NCBI RefSeq assembly: GCF_009914755.1
Contig: NC_060937.1
Origin: the human T2T-CHM13v2.0 reference genome, Homo sapiens
Direction: 5' to 3' (one strand)
Length of the DNA stretch: 64,000 bases
The translations under genes and the position numbers were made by a program. The stretch's first letter is position 1; each line of letters starts with the position of its first letter. This document shows, one piece after another, positions 54,717-64,000 of the stretch. The notes below the pieces were generated by a model, which was given only the letters and a program-made list of their open reading frames with translations, was not told the DNA's origin and ran no database searches.

Positions 54717-57700
54717 CCTAGAGTAGAGTCCCATCTCCTGGGTGATCAGTGCAGAGATATTTCACAATGTCCCTACAGGCAGAGCATAAGCATGTGTTAC
54801 ACTACCTAGATGATCAGTGCAGAGATATGTCACAAGGCTCCCTATAGTCAGAGCCTGGAAAAGAGTTACATCACCTTGGTGATCAATTCAGTGATATGTC
54901 ACTATGTCCCATAGGCAAAGCCTAGTCAAGCGTTACATCACCTCGGTGATCAGTGCAGAGGTATGTCACAAAGCCCCCTTACACAGAGCCTAGACAAGGG
55001 TCCCATCACCTGGGTGACCAGTGAAGAAATATGTCACAATGCCCCAATAGGCAGATCCAACACAAGAGTTACATCACCTGGGTGATCAGTGTAGAGATAT
55101 GTCGCAATGCCCCCATAGGCAGAGCCTAGACAAAAGTCCCATCACCTGGTTGATCAGTGCAGAGATATGTCACAAAGCCCCTGTAGGCAGAGCCTAGACA
55201 AGAGTTTCATCACTTGGTTGATCAGTTCAGAGATGTGTCACAATGTCCATGTAGGCAGATCTAAGACAAGAGTCCATCAACTGGGTGATCAGTGCAGAGA
55301 TATGTACCAATATCCGCTGCAGGCAGTGCCTAGACAAGAGTTGCATCACCTCAGAGATCAGTGCAGAGATATCTCACAAAGCCTTCTGTAGGCAAAGCCC
55401 ATACAAGGCTTACATCACCTAGGTGATCAGTGCAGTGATATGTCACAAAAATCCCTGTAGACAGAGCCTACAAAAGAGTTACATCACCTGGGTGATCAGT
55501 GCAGATACTTCACACAATGACCCCATAGACAGAGCCTAGACAAGACTTCCATCACCTAGGTGATCAGTGCAGAGATATGTCACAAATCCCCCTCTAGGCA
55601 GATTATAGAGAATAGTCCCATCACTTGGTTGATCAGTGCAGAGGTATTTCACAATGCCCCCTGTAGGCAGAGAGTGGACAAGAGTTACATAACCTAGGTG
55701 ATCTGTGCAGAGCTCTCTGTGCAAATCGCCCCTGTAGGCAGAGCCTAGATAAATGTTACATCACCTGGGTGATCAGGGCAGAGATACGTCACAATATCCC
55801 CTGTAGTTGGAGCCTAGACAAGAGTTACATCACCTGGGTGATCAGTTCACAGACATGTCAAAATACCCCCTGTAGGTGGAGCCTAGATAAGAGTTACATC
55901 ACCTGGGTGATCAGTACAGAAATATGTCACAAAGCCCCTGTAGGCAGAGCCTAAAAAAGAGTTACATCTCCTGGGTGATCAGTGCAGAAATATGTCACAC
56001 AACCCCTGTAGGCCGAGCCTAGACAAGAGTTACGTCTCCTGGGTGATCAGTGCAAACATATGTCACAAAGCCCCCTGTAGACAAATCCCACAAAATTGTT
56101 ACATCGCCTGGGTGATCAGTAGAGATATCTGTCACAATTCCCCTTTAGTCGCAGCTTAGACAAGCGTTACATCACATGAGTGACCAGTGCAGAGATATGC
56201 CACAATGCCGCCAGTAGGCAGATATAGACAAGAGTTACATCACCTGCGTGATCACTGCAGACATACGTCACAATGCCCCGGTAGGGAGAGCCTAGACAAG
56301 GGTCCCATCACCTGGGTGATCAGTGCAGAGTTATGTCACAATGCCCCCTTTTGGCAGAGCCTAGACAAGGGTTACATCACCTTGGTGGTCAGTGCAGAGA
56401 TATGTCATAAATCCCACTATAGGCAAAACTTAGACAAATTTTACATCACCTCAGCCATCAGTGCAGAGATATGTCCCAATGCCCATCTAGGCAGAGCCTA
56501 GACAAGAGTTGCATAACCCGGGTGATCCGTGCTTATTGATATCACAACTCCCTCTGAAGGCAGAGACTAGAAAAGAGTTACATCACCTGGGTGATCAGTG
56601 CTGAGATATGTCACAATGTCCCCTGTTGGCAGAGCATAGAGAAGTGTTGCATCACTTGGGTGATCAGTGCAGAGATATGTCACAATGTCCCGTGTAGGCA
56701 GAGCATAGAGAAGAGTTGCATCACCTGGGTGATCAGTGCAGAGGTATGTCACAATGTCCCCTGTAGGCAAAGCTTAGGCAAGGGTTACATCACCTTTGTC
56801 ATCAGTTCAGGGATATGTGAAAACGCCCCTGTAGGCAGAGCTCAGACAAGAGTTACATCACCTAGTTGATCAGTGCAGAGATATTTCACAATACCCCCTG
56901 TAGGCAGATCCTAGACAAGAGTTGAATCACCTGGGTGATCAGCGCAGAGATATTTCACAATGCCACCTTTGGGCAGAGGGTACACAAGAGTTACATCACC
57001 TAGGTGATCAGTGTAGAGATTTGTCAAAATTCCCTGTAGGCAGTGCTTATAAAAGTGTTACATCACCTAAGTGATCAGTGCAGAGATATGTCACAAAGCT
57101 CCTGTAGGCAGAACTTAGATGAGTTACATCACCTGGGTGATCAGTGCAAAGTTTGTCACAAAGCCCCCTGTAGGCAAAGCCTAGACAATAGTTACATCAC
57201 TTCGGTGATCAGCTGGGAGATCTCTCACATTTCCACTGTAGGCAGAGCTTATACAACTGTTATATCACCGGGGTGATCAGTGCAGACATATGTCACAATG
57301 CCCCCATACGCAGATCCAAGACAAGAATCCGTCACGTGAGTGATCAGTGCAGAAATATCTCACAATGCCCCCTTAGGCAGAGCCTAGACAAACGTCCCAT
57401 CACCTGGATGTCAGTGCAGAATTATGTCACAAAATCCCTTTAGGCAGATCTTAGACAGGAGTTACATCACTTGGATGATCAGTGCAGAGATATGTCACAA
57501 TGCCACGGTAGGCAGAGCCTAGACAAGATTTACATGACCTAGGTTATCAGTGCAGATATACATCGCAATGTCCCTGTAGGCAGGGCCTTGACAAGTGGTA
57601 CATCACCTGGGTGATCATTGCAGGGAAATGTCACAAAGCACCCTGTAGGCAGATCCCAGAAAAAAGTTACATCATCTGGGTGATCAGTGCAGAGATATGT

Positions 57701-58858
57701 CATAATGCCACTGTCGGCAGAGCCTAGACAAGAGTTATATCACCTGGGTGATAAATGCAGTGATATGTCACAATGCCGTGTAGCCAGAGCCTAGACTAAA
57801 TTTACAGTACCTGGGAAATCAGTGCAGAGATATGTCACAATGACCCCAGTAGGCAGAGACTAGGCAGGAGTTGGATCACCTAGGAATCAGTGCAGAGATA
57901 TGTCTCAATCCCCCTGTGGGCACAGCCTAGAAAAGGGTTACATCACCTAGGTTAACAGTGCAGAGATATGTCAAAATGCCCCCGTAGGCAGAGCCTACAC
58001 AAGTGTTACATCACTTAGGTGATCAGTGCAGAGATATGTCACAATACCCACTGTAAGCAGAGCCTAGAGAAGAGTTACATCACCTGGGTGATCAGTGCAG
58101 AGATATGTGACAAGGCCCCTTTAAGCAGAGCCTCGACAATTGTTACATCACCTGAGTGATCAGCGCAGAGATCTGTCACAATGCCCCTTTAGGCAGAGCT
58201 TAGACCAGTGTTACATCGCCTGGGTGATCAGTGCAGAGATATCTCACAATTCCCCTATAGGCAAATCCAATAAAAGATACCGTCACCTGGATGATCAGTG
58301 CAGAAATATGTGACAATGCCCCCAGTGGGCAGAGCCTAGAGAAGAGTCCCATCACCTGCGTGATCAGTGCAGAGATATTTCACAATGCCCCTGCAGGCAG
58401 AGCGTAAGCAAGAGTTACATCACCTAGATGATCAGTGCAGAGATATGTCACAAGGCCCCCTTCAGGCACAGCCTGGAGAAGAGTTACATCACCTCGGTGA
58501 TCAATGCAGTGATATGTCACTATGCCCCATAGGTAGAGCCTAGTCAAGCGTTACATCACCTGGGTGATCAGTGCAGAGATATGTCACAAAGCTCCCATAC
58601 AGTGAGCCTAGTCAAAAGTCCCATCACCTGGATGATCAGTGCAGAAATATGTCACAATGCCCCCATAGGCAGATCCAACACAAGAGTTACATCAGCTGTG
58701 TGATCAGTGTAGAGATATGTCACAATGCCCCCATAGGCAGAGCCTAGACAAAAGTCCCATCACCTGGGTGATCAGTGTAGAGATATTTCACAAAACCCTT
58801 GTAGGCAGGGCCTAGACAATGGTTACATCTCTTTGTTGATCAGTTCAGAGATGTGTCA
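54717..58858 (+). repeat. Beta satellite spacer (4.1 kb), plus orientation
   Basis: GATCAGTGCAGAGATATGTCACAATGCCCC... monomers. Confidence 0.95.
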
Positions 58859-59480
58859 TGCTGACTGTTTGCTCCCGGAGCTCTGCGGGCACCCGGAAAC
58901 ATGCAGGGAAGGGTGGAAGACCAGCATGGTGCCTTCGCTCTCCTTGCCAGTTTCCAAACCGGCCACACTACAGACTCCCCATGTTGCCGCACACGGGAAT
59001 CCATCGTCAGGACATCACGCCGGGGACGCATCTTCTCTCTGGCCTCTCGCTCTGGTCTCCTACGTGGAAATGAATGAAAGCCACATGCCTGCGTGTGTGA
59101 GATTTTCCCGGCAATGGCGACACCCACAGGCACTGCCTCCTTCACGGAGAGAGGGCCTGGAACAATCCAGACTCCCACGGAGGTTCTGTTCCACACTCCC
59201 TTCCACACTCCCAGGCCGGTTTCTCCCTGCTGAAGATGCGTGGGAGCCCAGAGAATGGCTTCCAGTTCCCTTGGGATTCCTGGAGAGGTCCGGAGAGCAA
59301 GCTCCCGAAAAGCGACCCCCTCACCCCTTCCCCTTTGCCCCCTTCCTCTTCGTGTCTCTGGCCCCACCACCACTATCCGAAGGTGTCAGGAGGGCCACGC
59401 CCTCGCCCCCACCCAACCACCCCCGCCCGCAGGCCTCGATGCCCTGGGGTCCTTCCAGGGCGGGGGGGGCTGTCCCAGGG

Positions 59481-60932
<1,452 letters not shown>

Positions 60933-61633
60933 GACACGGGGTTGGGACGGGGTTGGGTCGGGGCAGGGCGGTGGCCTCTCTTTCGCGGGGATCACCTAGC
61001 TGGCTATGGAGGGGTGTGTCTTCCCCCCGCCCCCTCCACCGGGCTCACGGTCCTGGGATTCCTGCCTTCTAGGTATAGGCCCGGTGAGAGACTCCAGAAA
61101 GTGGAGAACTGCCATTCTTTCCTAGGCATCACGGGGATCCCAGAGGCGGCCCAGGTACCAGCAGGTGGGCCGCCTACTGCACACGCTCGGGATTGCGCGC
61201 AGCCCCCTGGGCTGTGGGAGCAGCCCAGGCAGAGCTCTCATGTCTTTCCACCACCCCAACCCCGCCTGACCACCCCCTCCCCACACGCACACACCGGCCC
61301 CGGAAAATGCATCCTCCCCTGGACTGGGTGGAGACCCCCGTCCTGCGAAACACCGGGCCCGTGCAGCGTTCAGGCCTGACACCCCTTCAGTGGCTCGCCT
61401 CCTCTGCGCCTCCACGCCACCATCGCCAGCACACGTGTGCCCTGCAGAATCCCAGCTGCCACCATGGAGCGCCTGGCGGCAGAACGCAGACCTCTAGCTC
61501 TCTTTGCCGGCCTCCTGGCTAGACCTGCGCTCATTGCGCACCCCGGCTGACATGCAAGGGAGCCCGCTGGCCTCTCTGTGCTCTTGTCCATCTGGTAAAT
61601 TCTGGCTGAAGCTCTCCCAACACCTTCCGATGC

Positions 61634-64000
61634 TCTTTAGTCAAAGCCTGGAGAATAGTTACATCTCCTGGATGATCAGGTCAGAAATATGTCACAATGC
61701 CCCCTCCCAGCGGAGCCTAGAGATTTGCATCATTTGGGTGATCAGTGCAGAGATATATCACAATGTCCCCTGTACAAATAGCCTGGAAATGATTTACATC
61801 AACTCGGTGATCAGTGCATAGGTATGTCAGAAATCCCCAGTGGGCTGAACCTAGACAAGGGTTACATCACTTAGGTGATCAGTGTAGAGATATGTGAAAA
61901 TTCCCGTGTATACAGAGACTAGACAAGTGTTTCATGACCTAGTGATCAGAGCAGTGATAAGTCGTAAAGCCTCCCATAGGCAGAGTGTAGACCAGTGTTT
62001 CCTCCCTGGGGTGATCAGTGCAGAGATATGTCACAAAGCCCCTGTAAGCAGAACTTTGACAAGGGTTACATCACCTGTTTGATCAGTGGAAATGTATATC
62101 ACAAGCCCCCTGTAGGCAAAGCCCAGAAAATTGTTACATCACCTGGGTGAGCAGTGGAGAGATCTGTCACAATGCCCCTGTAGGCAGAGCTTAGAGAGGG
62201 GTTCCATCACCTGGGTGATCAGTGCAGAGACATGTAAAAATGCTCCTGTAGGCTGAACCTAGAGAGGAGTTACATCACCTGGGTGATCCGTGCAGAGATA
62301 TGTGAGAATTTCCGTGTAGGCAGAGCCTAGACAAGAGTTACATCACCTAGGTTATCAGTGCAGGTATAATTCCTAAAGACTCCTGTAGGCAGAGTGTAGA
62401 CAAGAGTTCCCTCCCCAGGGTGATCAGTGCAGAGATGTGTCACAAATCGCCCTCTAGGCAGAGTGTAGAGAAGAGTCCCATCACCTGGGTGATCAGTGCA
62501 GAGATATTTCACAATGCCCCCTGTAGGCAGAGAGTGGACAAGAGTTACATAACTTAGGTGATCTGTGCAGAGCTATGTCAAAACACCCCTGTGGCAGAAC
62601 CTAGATACATGTTACATCACCTGGGTGATCAGTGCCGAGATAAGTCACAATAACCCCTGTAGGTGGAGCCCAGACAAGAGTTACACCACCTCTGTGATCA
62701 GTGCAGAGATATGTCACAAAGCCCCTGAAGGTGGAGCCTAGACAAGAGTTACATCACCTGGGTGATCAGTGCAGAAATATGTCACAAAGCCCTATAGGCC
62801 GAGCCTAGACAAGAGTTACATCTCCTGGGTGATCAGTGCAGAGGTATGTCCCAATGACCCCTGTGGGCAGAGCATAGAGAAGAGTTGCGTCACCTGGATG
62901 ATCAGTGCAGAGATATGTCACAATGTCCCTTGTAGGCAGAGCATAGAGAAGAGTTGCATCGCCTGGGTGATCAGTGAGGAGATACATCACAATATCCCCT
63001 GTAGGCAAAGCTTTGACAAGAGTTACATCACCTTTGTCATCAATTCAGGGATATATGAAAATGCCCCCGTAGGCAGAGCCTAGACAAGATTTACTTCACC
63101 TAGTTGATCAGTGCAGAGATATTTCGCAATATCCCCTGTAGGCAGATCCTAGACAAGAGTTGAATCACCTCGGTGATCAGTGCAGAGATGTTTCACAATG
63201 TCCCCTTTGGACAGAGGGTAGACAAGAGTTACATCACATAGGTGATCAGTGCAGAGATTTGTCAAAATTCCCTTTAGGCAGTGCTTAAAAAAATGTTACA
63301 TCACCTAAGTGATCAGTGCAGAGGTATGTCACAAAGCTCCTGTAGGCAGAACTTAGATGACTTACATCACCTGGGTGATCATTGCAATGGTATGTCACAA
63401 AGCCCCCTGTAGGCAAAGCCTAGACAATAGTTACATCACTTGGGTGATCAGTGGCGAGATCTCTCACAATTCCCCTGTAGGCAGAGCTTATACAACAGTT
63501 ACATCACCTGGGTTATCAGTGCAGTGATATGTCACAGTGCCCCCATAGGCAGATCCAAGACAAGAGTCCGTCACCTTGGTGATCAGTGCAGAAATATGTC
63601 ACAATGCCCCCTTAGGCAGAGCCTACACAAAAGCCCAATCACGTGGATGATCAGTGGAGTGTTATGTCACAATGTCCCTTTAGGCAGATCCTAGAAAAGT
63701 GTTACATCACCTGCGTGATCACTGCAGAGATATGTCACAATACCCCTCTAGGCAGAGCTTAGACAAGAGTCCCATCACCTGGGTGATCAGTACAGAGTTA
63801 TGTCACAAGCCCCCTGTAGCCAGAGCCTAGACAAGTGTTACATCAGCTGTGTGATCAGTGAAGTGACGTGTCACAATGTCCCTGTGGCCATATCCTTGAA
63901 AAAAGTGATATCACCTGGGTGATCAGTGTGGAGATATGTCACAATGTCTCCAGTAGGCAGAGCCTCAACAAGAGTTACATCACCTGGGTGATCAGGGCAG
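61634..64000 (+). repeat. Beta satellite, plus orientation, running off the window end
   Basis: 68-bp monomers. Confidence 0.95.

Overview
Primate (human-like) heterochromatin with no intact protein-coding gene. 1-~17.56 kb is human satellite 3-type (CATTC)n. It holds an Alu-free TCGA-rich block (~420-7780) inside a CCACT-rich domain that carries ~30 short antisense Alu 3'-end fragments arranged as a cyclic higher-order repeat. ~17.56-64 kb is 68-bp beta (Sau3A) satellite interrupted by seven D4Z4/LSau-like units with disabled DUX4-like double-homeobox frames. Five units and their beta satellite lie on the minus strand; polarity flips at a hairpin junction at ~53,455 and two units (one truncated) follow on the plus strand. 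Composites like this are known from acrocentric short arms and several pericentromeres, but the exact locus cannot be assigned from the sequence alone. The most notable observations are structural: an apparent 'empty site' lacking the DUX cassette, a fold-back inversion junction, a 22-bp templated inverted insertion, pLAM-like ends lacking the FSHD poly(A) signal, and a 170-aa DUX1-length ORF. All alignments were done by eye, so boundaries are approximate to a few bp.
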